Part shown: positions 38,529-48,646 of the stretch, in pieces
Layout of the letters: the number at the start of each line of letters is the position of its first letter
Position numbering within the stretch: the first letter of the stretch is position 1
Virus record (IMG/VR): IMGVR_UViG_3300033233_000004
Coordinates: 32,001 to 96,000 of that record
Direction: 5' to 3' (one strand)
DNA from: a virus
Length of the DNA stretch: 64,000 nt
Program-made: the position numbers and the translations under genes
Notes under the pieces: model-generated
The model's input: only the letters and a program-made list of their open reading frames with translations
The model's database searches: none
Told to the model about the DNA's origin: nothing

Positions 38529-39029
38529 TTAAGATTTACCATATCTGCGTCTCTTTTGTTGTTTTACAGGTTTAATAACGTCTTGAATAGTAAAATGATG
38601 TGGCTTTATATCAGCATATAAAATCTTAAGCCGTTTAACATCTTTCGTTAAATAGTTAATAGTATTTCTATAATTAACTGGATACAGACGGTCATCTATA
38701 AGTTTACCAGCCTCTTTAGCATCTATAAGAATAGCAATACATGCCAACACATGTCCCAAATGATGAACGCCGGAATCAGGAGCAAAATCTTCACCTTCAA
38801 GCCATGCATCCAAATGTCTACGAGCAGCATCATAATATATGGATGCTCGTACACCAGCAATACGCCAATTAGTACGACCATATTTTAGCATACCTTCAAG
38901 AAGACCAAGAACACCATACATTGTTGCCGTATTAGGCCAAAGATGGAGTGGCATCTTATCACTACCAATAATATCTTTTGGATTTGTTGGTTTAAGATTA
39001 GGTATTGCCTTAATGTTTTTCTTAATCAT
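38529..39029 (-). CDS. dATP/dGTP diphosphohydrolase-like protein (DUF5664-type)
   Basis: KMPLHLWP, GMLKYGRTNW, YDAARRHL..W..GED..PDSGVHHLGHV.AC. Confidence 0.8.
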   Translation of the reverse strand: MIKKNIKAIPNLKPTNPKDIIGSDKMPLHLWPNTATMYGVLGLLEGMLKYGRTNWRIAGVRASIYYDAARRHLDAWLEGEDFAPDSGVHHLGHVLACIAILIDAKEAGKLIDDRLYPVNYRNTINYLTKDVKRLKILYADIKPHHFTIQDVIKPVKQQKRRRYGKS

Positions 39030-39337
39030 ATATATTGTCCAAAAAGTTTTCTGAAAAATGATTCAAAAGTATTGGAATAATAAGTACCAAGCCAAAGACC
39101 TACCAACCATATCAATGAAACATAGAAGTTAACAATGATACCTTCAACCAAAAAGATTGAACACAAACCTATACCAACTGACCAGAAAGCAGCTTCTCGT
39201 AAGAGAAGCTTGCGCTTGAGAGAATCTTGTGTACGTTTACATTCAGATAATTTCTGAATGTAAATTGCCCACATGAAATCGGTAACGATTCCAGAAATAA
39301 AAAGTGTTATTGCGAGTAACCAGAGATTCATTGACAT
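39026..39337 (-). CDS. small membrane protein
   Basis: Three hydrophobic segments in 103 aa. Confidence 0.55.
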   Translation of the reverse strand: MSMNLWLLAITLFISGIVTDFMWAIYIQKLSECKRTQDSLKRKLLLREAAFWSVGIGLCSIFLVEGIIVNFYVSLIWLVGLWLGTYYSNTFESFFRKLFGQYI

Positions 39338-39339
39338 GC

Positions 39340-39820
39340 GCTGGATTTTGATACATTAAAAAGTTTAGACAAAGAAGGTAGATACTTACTAAATTGAAAG
39401 TCTATATCTCGACAAGTGTTAACTAACATTCTCACAATCGTATAACCATGTTGTAAGGCAATACTGTCTTTCAAAGAATCAATTTGTTTAGTAGTTTTAT
39501 GCCAGTACGGTCTATTGACAATTCACGAGATAAGCAACCACAAGACTTAGTTATTTGTGATGTAAGGCTGTGACCTCTTACATCCTTTATCCTTCCACAA
39601 TCACAAAGACATCTCCAACTTGAAAATGATTTTGTATTGCTATTTCTTTACGTAGACAACCACAACTATTTGTATTACCAGAAGCCAATGCACCAGCTAC
39701 AACATATGCAACATTACCACAAATACATTGACATTGCCATAAAAGACCACCACGACGACGACCCACAATAGAAATAGCAGTTAGTCGTCCAAAAGTTTGT
39801 CCTATTAAATTAAGTGGGAT
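39340..39820 (-). pseudogene. frameshifted, internally deleted homing endonuclease (Cys-rich repeats + Vsr/DUF559-like tail)
   Basis: Fragments across frames: LIGQTFGRLT...WQCQCICGN...SGNTNSCGCL; WRCLCDCG...KSCGCL; YWHKTTKQIDSLKDSIALQHGYTIVR. Confidence 0.7.
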
Positions 39821-40568
39821 TTTTGACGTATTCGGAATGTGCTATAAAATAACGAAGTATACGAAAGTAAATATTAGCATCACTATCAATATAAACATTT
39901 TTATTGTCAAATGCAAGTCTTTCAACAAAATAATTCAACATACATTCATCTCGCCACTTCTTCATACGCTCAAAGTATCGAATCTTAAGCCACGCTGGTG
40001 ACCATTGAGCATTATAGGTTTTAGAGAACAATCCATCGAGCATATCTCGTAACATAGCATCTGATACCTGAAAAAGGTCATAATGAGATTTTGGAAGTTT
40101 AAATTTGCCATTCCATTGAACAATACGAACAAGAATAGACATTCTATAAGCTTCAAACTCACTTTCCAGTCTATAAATAGGAGCTACTGGTAATGTCAAA
40201 AGAAAACCTATTACTCCACAAAACCAAAATAGCAATCCAAATTCACTAATACCTATTATACAAGCAATCAAAAGTAATGCTAATCCAATTGATTCAGGTA
40301 AAGAACCCAATAAATTATGTAACTGGTTATTTCTACGTTGAACCAGATGAACGTATTCATGAGCCAATATCTCATTTATGGTCTCATTAGAGACTCCATT
40401 AAAAGACTTCCTTGAAGGAAACCAGATAGAATTTTTAGAACATGAAATAGTATTTTTATAGTTAAAATTTATAATTTGAAATAACTTCTGTAGAATTGAG
40501 TCATCTTTGAATTTAAGTTTTATTTTTGGAAACTCAACTTGAATTATTGATTTATAAAAATCATTCAT
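39810..40568 (-). CDS. membrane-associated HExxH zinc-metalloprotease-like protein
   Basis: ILAHEYVHLVQ, two hydrophobic helices, then ESEFEAY; start placed at MNDFYK. Confidence 0.6.
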   Translation of the reverse strand: MNDFYKSIIQVEFPKIKLKFKDDSILQKLFQIINFNYKNTISCSKNSIWFPSRKSFNGVSNETINEILAHEYVHLVQRRNNQLHNLLGSLPESIGLALLLIACIIGISEFGLLFWFCGVIGFLLTLPVAPIYRLESEFEAYRMSILVRIVQWNGKFKLPKSHYDLFQVSDAMLRDMLDGLFSKTYNAQWSPAWLKIRYFERMKKWRDECMLNYFVERLAFDNKNVYIDSDANIYFRILRYFIAHSEYVKNPT

Positions 40569-40892
40569 AACATAATATTCGGTGGTCTTTTTGTTGTTAA
40601 AAACTGTTGGTATATCTATTATTGCTGTCGGGTTGTGTTTTTCAACAACCTGACAGAAAAAATTGAGAGCGAAGCGAACACAAGTCGAATCCCCCCTACC
40701 CCCCTTTTTGCATTGCGTGGACGGGATGGGTAATGCTCCACAGTAGTTTCTGTCACTACTAACACTATTCATACTTGTTTGACCCACAAGCCATAAAGAC
40801 TCTCGTTTTGCTGACATCTGCCTACAGCTTAACTACGGCGGTTAAAAACTAAGTTATGTTTGCATGAAAAATATAGAATTATTAGAAAAGGC

Positions 40893-40921
40893 TTGACTTT
40901 GTAGATAGAAAATTATATATT
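40893..40921 (+). promoter_or_regulatory. sigma70-type promoter TTGACT-N17-TATATT for the RNA ligase
   Basis: cTTGACTttgtagatagaaaattaTATATTg. Confidence 0.7.
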
Positions 40922-40964
40922 GAAGTATGATGAGGACAGGAGTCTCTACATCGAAGATAAAATC

Positions 40965-40993
40965 AATATACACATTTTTTTCATCAATGTCAA
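40965..40993 (-). promoter_or_regulatory. sigma70-type promoter TTGACA-N17-TATATT heading the leftward glycosylation/replication genes
   Basis: Minus strand cTTGACAttgatgaaaaaaatgtgTATATTg. Confidence 0.75.
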
Positions 40994-42160
40994 GTGATAT
41001 GCAGGATATTTTTGAAAATGAATTTTGACACTACCAATTTCAACGTTTCTGAGCAAAATGGTTTACGTCTTATTACCCCTACACGAGAGACTGCCGTATC
41101 TAACTATGCTTGGAAGACCGACAATCTCTGGTTTCGTTCACGTGTTGAGACTCTGGACGGTAAAACTGTTTCTCAAGGCTTCGGTAAATTTTGGAATCTT
41201 GGAATGGGCACACAAGGTTTTATTACAACGGTTGCTGATATAGTTCAAGCTATTACAAAAAATGACGCTGTTGCAACAATCAAAATGGACGGTTCATTAT
41301 TGATTAGAAGTGTTCACGAGGGCAAAATCATGTTACGTACTCGTGGTTCATTCGGTTACGAACATCTTGACAACGGATGGGAAGTTGACCAAATATTTAA
41401 GCAGAAGTATCCACGTCTTTGGGACATTTCACTGTTTAATGGTCTTTCGCTATTAACAGAGTGGACTACTCCCAACAACCCTATAGTTTTAAAGTATCCT
41501 GAACCTGAGCTAACCCTTGTAGGTGCTGTTAATCACTCTACAATGACCTACCTGACACTTTCTGAATTAAAGATAGTCTCGGATGCTGTTGGTATTCCTC
41601 TTGTTGAATGGTACAAGTTAGATTCACGGGGTTTGGAAGACCTCATGACTCGTGTAACAACTGAACAACGCATCGAGGGATGGGTTGTCCGTATTGACAA
41701 CGAACAAACGTTGGTAAAAATCAAATGCGATTCCTACTTAGCTCGTCATAGACTAAAGTCGAATCTTACTACAGACACGTTGGCGGAAATCTGGTTTCAG
41801 CAAGGTTGCCCCTCGTATGTTCAGTTTGTAAAGAATATGACAGAACAGTACGACGAAGAAACGGTCGCTTGGATGTTACCTGTAGTGAGTTTATTGATAG
41901 ATGGTACAAAGGTGTTACAGAATATTGTAACTGTGATTGAAGATAAGGTAAGAGTAGCCAAAGAACAAAATACATCCAGAAAAGATTTCGCTTTAGCTCG
42001 ACTTTCTGAGTATGGTCAAACAAAGAAATTTTCATTAGCTATGAACTTGTTTTCGGGAAAAACAGACAATACTGAGTTACTGAAAGGTATTCTGCTGCAA
42101 AACACTCGTCAAACTGAGCGGGGAATGTTTAGTCGCATGGAACAAAGCGAGGAAAGTTGA
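40994..42160 (+). CDS. T4 Rnl1-like RNA ligase
   Basis: GFGKFWN, KMDGSL, RTRGSF, EGWVVR, VKIKCDSY; likely start MNFD at 41018. Confidence 0.82.
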   Translation: MICRIFLKMNFDTTNFNVSEQNGLRLITPTRETAVSNYAWKTDNLWFRSRVETLDGKTVSQGFGKFWNLGMGTQGFITTVADIVQAITKNDAVATIKMDGSLLIRSVHEGKIMLRTRGSFGYEHLDNGWEVDQIFKQKYPRLWDISLFNGLSLLTEWTTPNNPIVLKYPEPELTLVGAVNHSTMTYLTLSELKIVSDAVGIPLVEWYKLDSRGLEDLMTRVTTEQRIEGWVVRIDNEQTLVKIKCDSYLARHRLKSNLTTDTLAEIWFQQGCPSYVQFVKNMTEQYDEETVAWMLPVVSLLIDGTKVLQNIVTVIEDKVRVAKEQNTSRKDFALARLSEYGQTKKFSLAMNLFSGKTDNTELLKGILLQNTRQTERGMFSRMEQSEES

Positions 42161-42420
42161 GTTATATTGCCGTAGTTTTCGAAGTACGTCTTGGACAGTA
42201 TCTACTCGAAATCTATATAACGGGTATCCATATTTTAGAGCAAGCTTTTCTTTGATGTCATCATTTAGTATGTCTTTTGGTCTATTATGCCAGTAATGAC
42301 CACCCACCTCAAATAACTTGTCACCTATCTGACCGTCAACACTTTTACCCTCAAGTTTGAACGTCGAATCTGATTACTACTATAACGTGCTTGAACTACG
42401 CGCCGTCCAAAACGTTGGAC
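42150..42420 (-). pseudogene. remnant of a Vsr/DUF559-like homing endonuclease
   Basis: Fragments VQRFGRRVV and, in another frame, KLEGKSVDGQIGDKLFEVGGHYWH...DDIKEKLALKYGYPLYRF. Confidence 0.6.
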
Positions 42421-42423
42421 GAA

Positions 42424-43557
42424 TTATAATTGTTCAGACCAATGAATTATACTATAACTTCCAAGACCATCTAATGTAGCTGCATAAACTTTATACCAAG
42501 CACCCGGTGGAATAATAGCCGTTAGTTGTTGATATGATGAGTATGCTTCAGTTGTTGCTGAGTCTTTAGATAATGATGTATGACCAAGAATAATAATGTC
42601 ATTATTATTAAATGAAGAGTCCACACGGTCAACATAAATAGCAGCTTCAATTGTATGTGGTGCTGCTGTAGCCACGGTTAGTAATTCGATAGATACAGAC
42701 AAAAACATACTTCCGCTTGCTGTATTTTGATAAACAGTGTTTAAAGCCCTATTACCTTCATTGCCTGCCGGGTGTCCTACATTTTTATGAATAACTGTAC
42801 TAAGAATACTTCCTGAAACTAAATCGCTTAGTACCATTCCATGAGGATTTGTAGTAGAAGGAGTACCAGTACCTACTGCTGTTATATGTTGTTCTACTGT
42901 ACTAAGTGATGGAACAGGAGAATTTTTCACCAATGTAGATTCTGCCATAGCCCATGGACGTGCCCACTCTCGTTTATCTTGGAATGTGCCTGCCGTAATA
43001 AGATTACCGTTTGCAGTAAATTGTGCAAGAGGAATCTGATTAGAACCTGATGGATAAGTATCAGAAACACGAATAAGAAAATCGCCAGTATATCGCTTAT
43101 AATATATGTTTCCACTACTATCATTACCTACCGATGAAGACATTTCTTGGTATTCTGCTGTTACATATGCTGGTTGACCATCAGTGAGTGTTCCCCATAT
43201 ACGATGAAAATCATTATCTCCTTGATTGATAGTAATCGACCCTGTAAGAATACAAATGTCTGCATTGTCAGTAATACCCCATCCTCTTTGAATACTAATT
43301 TGAGAAAGAGAACCTGTAATTGGAAGAAGGTAATCCGAATTAAACCCCCCACCAATACCTCTGTACGAAAATGGATTTGGGGTTTGATCTGCTAACGTTT
43401 GTTGTATGATAGTTGCAATAGAACCTGTATATTGATGTGAAAACTTTGCAAGCATAAATGCAAATTGTTGTCGTATAGCACTTGCTCGTGATTGTTCGGT
43501 ATTATTCAAATCCGATTCATTAACTCTCATATCTGGAAAATATAGTGTTTTGTTCAT
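42424..43557 (-). CDS. putative tail/baseplate structural protein
   Basis: Last gene of the tail module; Ser/Thr/Gly-rich; NPHG and RALNTVYQNT fibre-like motifs. Confidence 0.6.
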   Translation of the reverse strand: MNKTLYFPDMRVNESDLNNTEQSRASAIRQQFAFMLAKFSHQYTGSIATIIQQTLADQTPNPFSYRGIGGGFNSDYLLPITGSLSQISIQRGWGITDNADICILTGSITINQGDNDFHRIWGTLTDGQPAYVTAEYQEMSSSVGNDSSGNIYYKRYTGDFLIRVSDTYPSGSNQIPLAQFTANGNLITAGTFQDKREWARPWAMAESTLVKNSPVPSLSTVEQHITAVGTGTPSTTNPHGMVLSDLVSGSILSTVIHKNVGHPAGNEGNRALNTVYQNTASGSMFLSVSIELLTVATAAPHTIEAAIYVDRVDSSFNNNDIIILGHTSLSKDSATTEAYSSYQQLTAIIPPGAWYKVYAATLDGLGSYSIIHWSEQL

Positions 43558-43568
43558 GACGTTTCCTT

Positions 43569-44660
43569 TTATGTTGATGAAACAATAACTTGTCCAGCTT
43601 GTTGTCCCGAACTACCAGACGTTCCAATAAAAATGGGAAGAGCATATAAATCTGTAAGCCTTGTATCAAATATAGAAGCACTCGTGTTTTGTAATCCTCG
43701 AATGGAGAACTGGTGCAATTCAAACTCATTACTACCACTGGCAAATATAGTGAAACGAGCTTGGTGGAATGGGTAGTACGAACCTGATGGCATACCAAGA
43801 TATCTTAATCGTTCTTTTGTTAGATTATAGTTGTATTTCGTTTGATTCTCGTTCAATGTTCCGGCGTAGATAACAAACTCATCGACAAACATATTTTCAC
43901 CGTGACGTACATTGAAAGGCACACTTGCTGATGCTATTCCACCAGTATATGCTGTAAAACCTTGTTGAACTCCATCTATATACAGAAATAATCCAGACCC
44001 ATGAATAAAGGAGCCTGCGAAGTAATGATAGTTAGGCGGGAACCCACTCTCTAACAACAAAGGAGCTATGGATGCAGTAACAACTCCTGATATAGATGCT
44101 GAACCAACAGTAAATCGAATGTACTGTCCTGCAAAATCAAATTCCACGGCATAACCCTGTCCGGTAGACCCTGTACGAATAAACGATAAATATGAAGTAA
44201 ATGGAGAATTATCTACATTAGTTGTAGTATTATCTATACCATAAATGTAAGTTTCCCATGCAAAACTCACATTGTCAAAAGCAAGACTTGGTAATGAGGC
44301 TGTAGCAGATAGATTGTATCCCGTACTACCACCGCCCAAAACAAGAATATTATCTCTACGAGAACAACATAGATTGTTAGTTTCAACTGATGTCTTAGAA
44401 TTAATCAATGTAGCTTGATTACCAGAAATGTCATATACTGATTGTGTTGGATGATTAACGGCAAATGTCCAATGTCCTCGAACTGACCCATCTGTTGCCA
44501 GATTTAAAAGAGGAATCGGGAATATGGGGTCATATCTCTTCCAAGGAATTGAATCTGGAATGGACTGACTATTGTACTGTCGAACCTCTACAGTATAATA
44601 AGCATCGTTCTTGGCTATTGCTGCCCAATCATAAAACCAATTGTAAGATATCGAAGCCAT
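43569..44660 (-). CDS. virion protein with LamG/concanavalin-like lectin domain
   Basis: YHYFAGSF...LYIDGV...VDEFVIY...L pattern. Confidence 0.65.
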   Translation of the reverse strand: MASISYNWFYDWAAIAKNDAYYTVEVRQYNSQSIPDSIPWKRYDPIFPIPLLNLATDGSVRGHWTFAVNHPTQSVYDISGNQATLINSKTSVETNNLCCSRRDNILVLGGGSTGYNLSATASLPSLAFDNVSFAWETYIYGIDNTTTNVDNSPFTSYLSFIRTGSTGQGYAVEFDFAGQYIRFTVGSASISGVVTASIAPLLLESGFPPNYHYFAGSFIHGSGLFLYIDGVQQGFTAYTGGIASASVPFNVRHGENMFVDEFVIYAGTLNENQTKYNYNLTKERLRYLGMPSGSYYPFHQARFTIFASGSNEFELHQFSIRGLQNTSASIFDTRLTDLYALPIFIGTSGSSGQQAGQVIVSST

Positions 44661-45923
44661 TTAGATTAATTCACTCCATTTAATCGCTCCACCTACGTTA
44701 GTTGTACCACTTGTAGATGTAACAACAAGTGATAAATTGATTGGATTTATTCCATTAATATCCAACGTCAAAGGTAATTTGCTGAACAATTCACCAACTG
44801 AGAGTCCTTTAATACCTGTAGCACCAGCAACAACGTATCCAGAAGCAATCACTAACCCACCAGTAATTGTAGTCGCTGATACATCCACGTCTACAACTGA
44901 TTCTGAATTAGCACTTGTGAAATTAGCACCAGATAGTGTACCATTATAAACAATTTCCCAAAAGGCTGCGTTTGTCTGAGCCAGTATCTCTGTTTCTAAT
45001 GCTGTAATTAATCCACGATTGATAATGTTATTGAAAGTCAATTTTGGACGAATAGACAGAATTGGAACTCTTGTAGTTACTGCTACAAGCGATGCGCCAG
45101 TTGAGGCTTCAAATATTTGTGAAGTTTCAGGCGTTGTTATACCTTCATTGGCTACTGCTGAACAAACATGAACCAAATCTGTTTGACTTGCAGCAGTATT
45201 TGTATTGGTCAATTCCAATCTAATAGGTAGATTTGCTGTCGTCATATATGGTGTAGTCAATGAATTAGCATTTCTAAACTCGTGACAGATGATTGGCATT
45301 CCTTTTTCAGTAAATGTGCCTAAACGTACCCTGCCTGCTCCCAACCATTCGATGTCAATGGTATAGATATTGGCTTTTGATGTATCCAAATTGAATCCAG
45401 ATACACCAGAACCATCTAATTTATCCACGTTCCAAGAGGATTGATTAACAACGGTATCTATAGAACCAGATGTTACGAAACTTCGTTGAACTACTTTTAG
45501 ATTACTACCGTCTTGCTCAAAGAATATACCATTATTACTGTCGAAATATCCCCAACGTTGACGAACGTTATTTTTCTTAGCTCCTATGATGCTACTGAGA
45601 GTAATACTTAAACCTACTCCGGGCGTGTATCTGAAATAATGTCTCGTCTGACGAATAACTGATGAACCACTTGTAGTTGTAGTAGAGATTTGTGTGGCTG
45701 ATTGATTTGGTAAATGTGTGGTAAAGCCACCATTAGATAATTGATCTTGATAAAATAATGACCCACTGTTGTATTGAGTGCTATACTCTGCTTGAGATAA
45801 TAACTGGCTGACACGTAAACGGTGAAAAGCATCTACTGAAGTGGAATCAGCGAATTGAATATTTGTTGTTGGGAAATAGCTCATATTATTCCACCCTCCC
45901 CCTATTATGAGAATTGTATACAT
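44661..45923 (-). CDS. putative virion structural protein (beta-rich)
   Basis: DAFHRLRVS, RQTRHYFRYTPG, WLGAGRVRLG; position in the tail module. Confidence 0.6.
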   Translation of the reverse strand: MYTILIIGGGWNNMSYFPTTNIQFADSTSVDAFHRLRVSQLLSQAEYSTQYNSGSLFYQDQLSNGGFTTHLPNQSATQISTTTTSGSSVIRQTRHYFRYTPGVGLSITLSSIIGAKKNNVRQRWGYFDSNNGIFFEQDGSNLKVVQRSFVTSGSIDTVVNQSSWNVDKLDGSGVSGFNLDTSKANIYTIDIEWLGAGRVRLGTFTEKGMPIICHEFRNANSLTTPYMTTANLPIRLELTNTNTAASQTDLVHVCSAVANEGITTPETSQIFEASTGASLVAVTTRVPILSIRPKLTFNNIINRGLITALETEILAQTNAAFWEIVYNGTLSGANFTSANSESVVDVDVSATTITGGLVIASGYVVAGATGIKGLSVGELFSKLPLTLDINGINPINLSLVVTSTSGTTNVGGAIKWSELI

Positions 45924-45938
45924 TGTTTTGCTCCTATT

Positions 45939-48206
45939 TTAAATTATCCACCACTGTGCTCCATCCGAAATAATTGTTATATTGGTGTAAGGCGTAGCGA
46001 TACTTTGTACAGCAGCATTATCAATTAATTCCCCAGAACTTCCGCTTACATTCACCAAATTACCACTTACATCTGTCTTTTTAACATTCAACCACATGCC
46101 CTTTACAGATATTGCTGTTGGTAATTGAATTTCTATACTTCCAGATACGGCATTGGCAAGTATTATACTATCTGTTCCAACAACAGAGTATGCACCTGCA
46201 AGAAGTGATGTTGGTGTAAATCTGATAGACCCCGATGAGAGAATAGAACCCGTGATACTGAGGTTGCCGCTCAACAACTGTAAGTTGCCCCTGTTATCCA
46301 ATATCATTCTATTAGTGCGTGTTGCAGAACCATTTGCTGTCGTTTGAAAAACTAATTCTGAACCAATTGTTGTAGCACTTCCTGAATTAAAGTTTTCTGT
46401 AGCTCTTGCAAAAATTTCAACAGAATTTGCCTGACTATACGCTGTGTCGGTGAATGCACCAAAAAGAATACGTCCTAATCTATCGCCAGATTGTGGTGGG
46501 TTATATCCTAATCTACTATGCTGTAAGAATAAAATAGGGCCAGCCGTAGGAGTATCGGATATTGAAACAAATCTCATTTGAGGGCCAGCACCACTCAAAT
46601 ATATTTTAGAACCATGGAAAAGTGTAGTAGGAAAAGTCTCTTCAATATGTAACTCTGTAAAATTATTGTCCCAAAGCATACCACTTGTATTTGTACCAAC
46701 AGCAAAGCTTCCACTAACATTTACACTTCCGCTAACATTTACACTTCCAGTTACTTGCACATCACCTTGTAATTTGGATGTGCCGTTGACATGCAACAAA
46801 TCTGTAGGAGTTATACCAATTCCAACTTTTCCATCATGTTTAATAGTTAATCGTGTTACTCTTGTTGTACTACCCGATGACGCAGTTCTAAATTCTATTC
46901 TTGTAGGTAAACTTGTAGTAGTATAATCTGCACCATCTGCAAATGCAAGCAACGCTCCACCAGAGCGTCCCGCTCCTGAAAATAAAGACCCAAAAGTAAT
47001 ACCACCAAGTTGATCTTCTGCAAATGGTGATACTAAACCAGCACGGCTGTGACGTAATTGTAAGAAGCCACCAAGATTTGCAGCATCTCCTTCGGAACGA
47101 AGCATGAGATGATTTGCAAATTGAGAAGTACCGTGAGTCACTATTTGTAATTTAACATTTGCAAGGTTTCCAGAACCAGAAGATGATTGTTCTCCAATAT
47201 GAATAGATGAAGACGCACCATCCAAACCATCAAAATAGGAAACACCATTAAAGTCTGATTGTAATGCAGCAAGTGGAACAAGACTACCATCGTCTTTAAT
47301 TCGCACACGTTTTGCACGAGTAACACTTCCACTTGGTGTCGTCCAGAAACTTATTTCTTGTCCCCAATTGGTTGGACTTTGGTCACCTATAGCATCAAAA
47401 TGAATAGATGCGGGTGAACTACTTTGAAATGCAGTTCCATCATATGTTCGTCCACCAAAACCGCCAATGAGGTCTCCATTTAATGTTGGCAATAACCCAG
47501 ATTCCGAACCATTTGCATGTATTGAGTGGAATGTACCAATAACATTAAGTTCTTTGAAATCTCCTATAGTACCTATAGCAACACCGCAGTTTGGATTTTG
47601 TAATAGAACTGAATTTACTGGTGTATGTATTTGAAGCGTATTTGTTATATGTACACTTCCACTAACATTTACACTTCCAGTTACAATCTGATTTTGTGTA
47701 AATGTATTAGGTACGGCTAATCCAGCAAATCCAGTATGTCCAGATGAGGCATAGGATAAATTCTGTAAGTCAGAATGTTTGATGCTGCCGGTGGAATTAA
47801 TTAGTAAGAAAGCTGATGCGTGTTGTCCATCCAAAAGATCAGCATTAAGGTTGGTTACTAAATTAGAGTTATCTATGCTCATCAATCCAGTAAGATGAAA
47901 TGTGCCATTAACGTCTAAAGCACCAGTGATATCAAAATTCGTAAGAAAGTTTACATTACCAACAACAGAACCAAGCCAGACACGGCCCCATTCAGCTTTA
48001 ATACTACCATCAACATACCAGAAACCATATTTTTCCTGTTCTGACCATGCAGCGACATAATTACCGCTACTTGCAGGAGATTCCACGGCGGTTGTTACTA
48101 AAACAGGAACACCTTCATCTGTTTTAATTGTAACAGTATGCCCTGTGTCTGGTTGATAAACACCTGCAACTACCTTCAAAATAACACGTGTTAATTGTCT
48201 CGACAT
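45939..48206 (-). CDS. tail fibre protein
   Basis: NLNADLLDGQHASAF, VTGSVNVSGS repeats, GKVGIG, repeated F.T...GS...R..I units, C-terminal SDGAQWWII. Confidence 0.75.
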   Translation of the reverse strand: MSRQLTRVILKVVAGVYQPDTGHTVTIKTDEGVPVLVTTAVESPASSGNYVAAWSEQEKYGFWYVDGSIKAEWGRVWLGSVVGNVNFLTNFDITGALDVNGTFHLTGLMSIDNSNLVTNLNADLLDGQHASAFLLINSTGSIKHSDLQNLSYASSGHTGFAGLAVPNTFTQNQIVTGSVNVSGSVHITNTLQIHTPVNSVLLQNPNCGVAIGTIGDFKELNVIGTFHSIHANGSESGLLPTLNGDLIGGFGGRTYDGTAFQSSSPASIHFDAIGDQSPTNWGQEISFWTTPSGSVTRAKRVRIKDDGSLVPLAALQSDFNGVSYFDGLDGASSSIHIGEQSSSGSGNLANVKLQIVTHGTSQFANHLMLRSEGDAANLGGFLQLRHSRAGLVSPFAEDQLGGITFGSLFSGAGRSGGALLAFADGADYTTTSLPTRIEFRTASSGSTTRVTRLTIKHDGKVGIGITPTDLLHVNGTSKLQGDVQVTGSVNVSGSVNVSGSFAVGTNTSGMLWDNNFTELHIEETFPTTLFHGSKIYLSGAGPQMRFVSISDTPTAGPILFLQHSRLGYNPPQSGDRLGRILFGAFTDTAYSQANSVEIFARATENFNSGSATTIGSELVFQTTANGSATRTNRMILDNRGNLQLLSGNLSITGSILSSGSIRFTPTSLLAGAYSVVGTDSIILANAVSGSIEIQLPTAISVKGMWLNVKKTDVSGNLVNVSGSSGELIDNAAVQSIATPYTNITIISDGAQWWII

Positions 48207-48214
48207 TGATTCTC

Positions 48215-48646
48215 CTAAACTGCTGGTATTGCTATAACTGCAAAGTCTTCATCGCTCAATAGATAAAGCGGTAGAATCCAATAACTACTAATTATGTATG
48301 ATGGTGTACCCGAACTTGGTGGTCTTTTTTGATTAAATGAGTGTTCCTGTACATTTCTTACTACAAGAATTGAGGTAGCATTATCAACTGTTTGTCTGAG
48401 AAAAACAGTAGGGTCACTATTTGCAGTAACCATTTTTGATAAAGTTAACGTATTAACGGTATCAGTAAATGTTATTGTATATGTTTGTGAATTTGCTACA
48501 TATACTAAACGCTCGCCGTCTGGTGGTACTGTTCCTACACTTGGAATAATAGCATAGTTGGCTCCTGATGAACTCCAAATAAATCTGCAAAGTTGTCCAG
48601 CAAAACCAACAGTAACAGGAATTATATTAAAGGAGCCTGAAATCAT
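48215..48646 (-). CDS. hypothetical tail-module protein
   Basis: Likely start MISGSF, overlapping the upstream stop. Confidence 0.5.
   Translation of the reverse strand: MISGSFNIIPVTVGFAGQLCRFIWSSSGANYAIIPSVGTVPPDGERLVYVANSQTYTITFTDTVNTLTLSKMVTANSDPTVFLRQTVDNATSILVVRNVQEHSFNQKRPPSSGTPSYIISSYWILPLYLLSDEDFAVIAIPAV

Noticed and set aside
13773-39029. 7-deazaguanine or 2-aminoadenine DNA modification system
   Set aside because: The FolE2-like protein lacks catalytic motifs and no queC/D/E, dpdA or purZ is seen here; it cannot be excluded for the rest of the genome.
40569-40817. N-terminal extension of ORF 39810..40817
   Set aside because: The first 83 codons look non-protein-like and cross the C-run motif; MNDFYK is the more plausible start.
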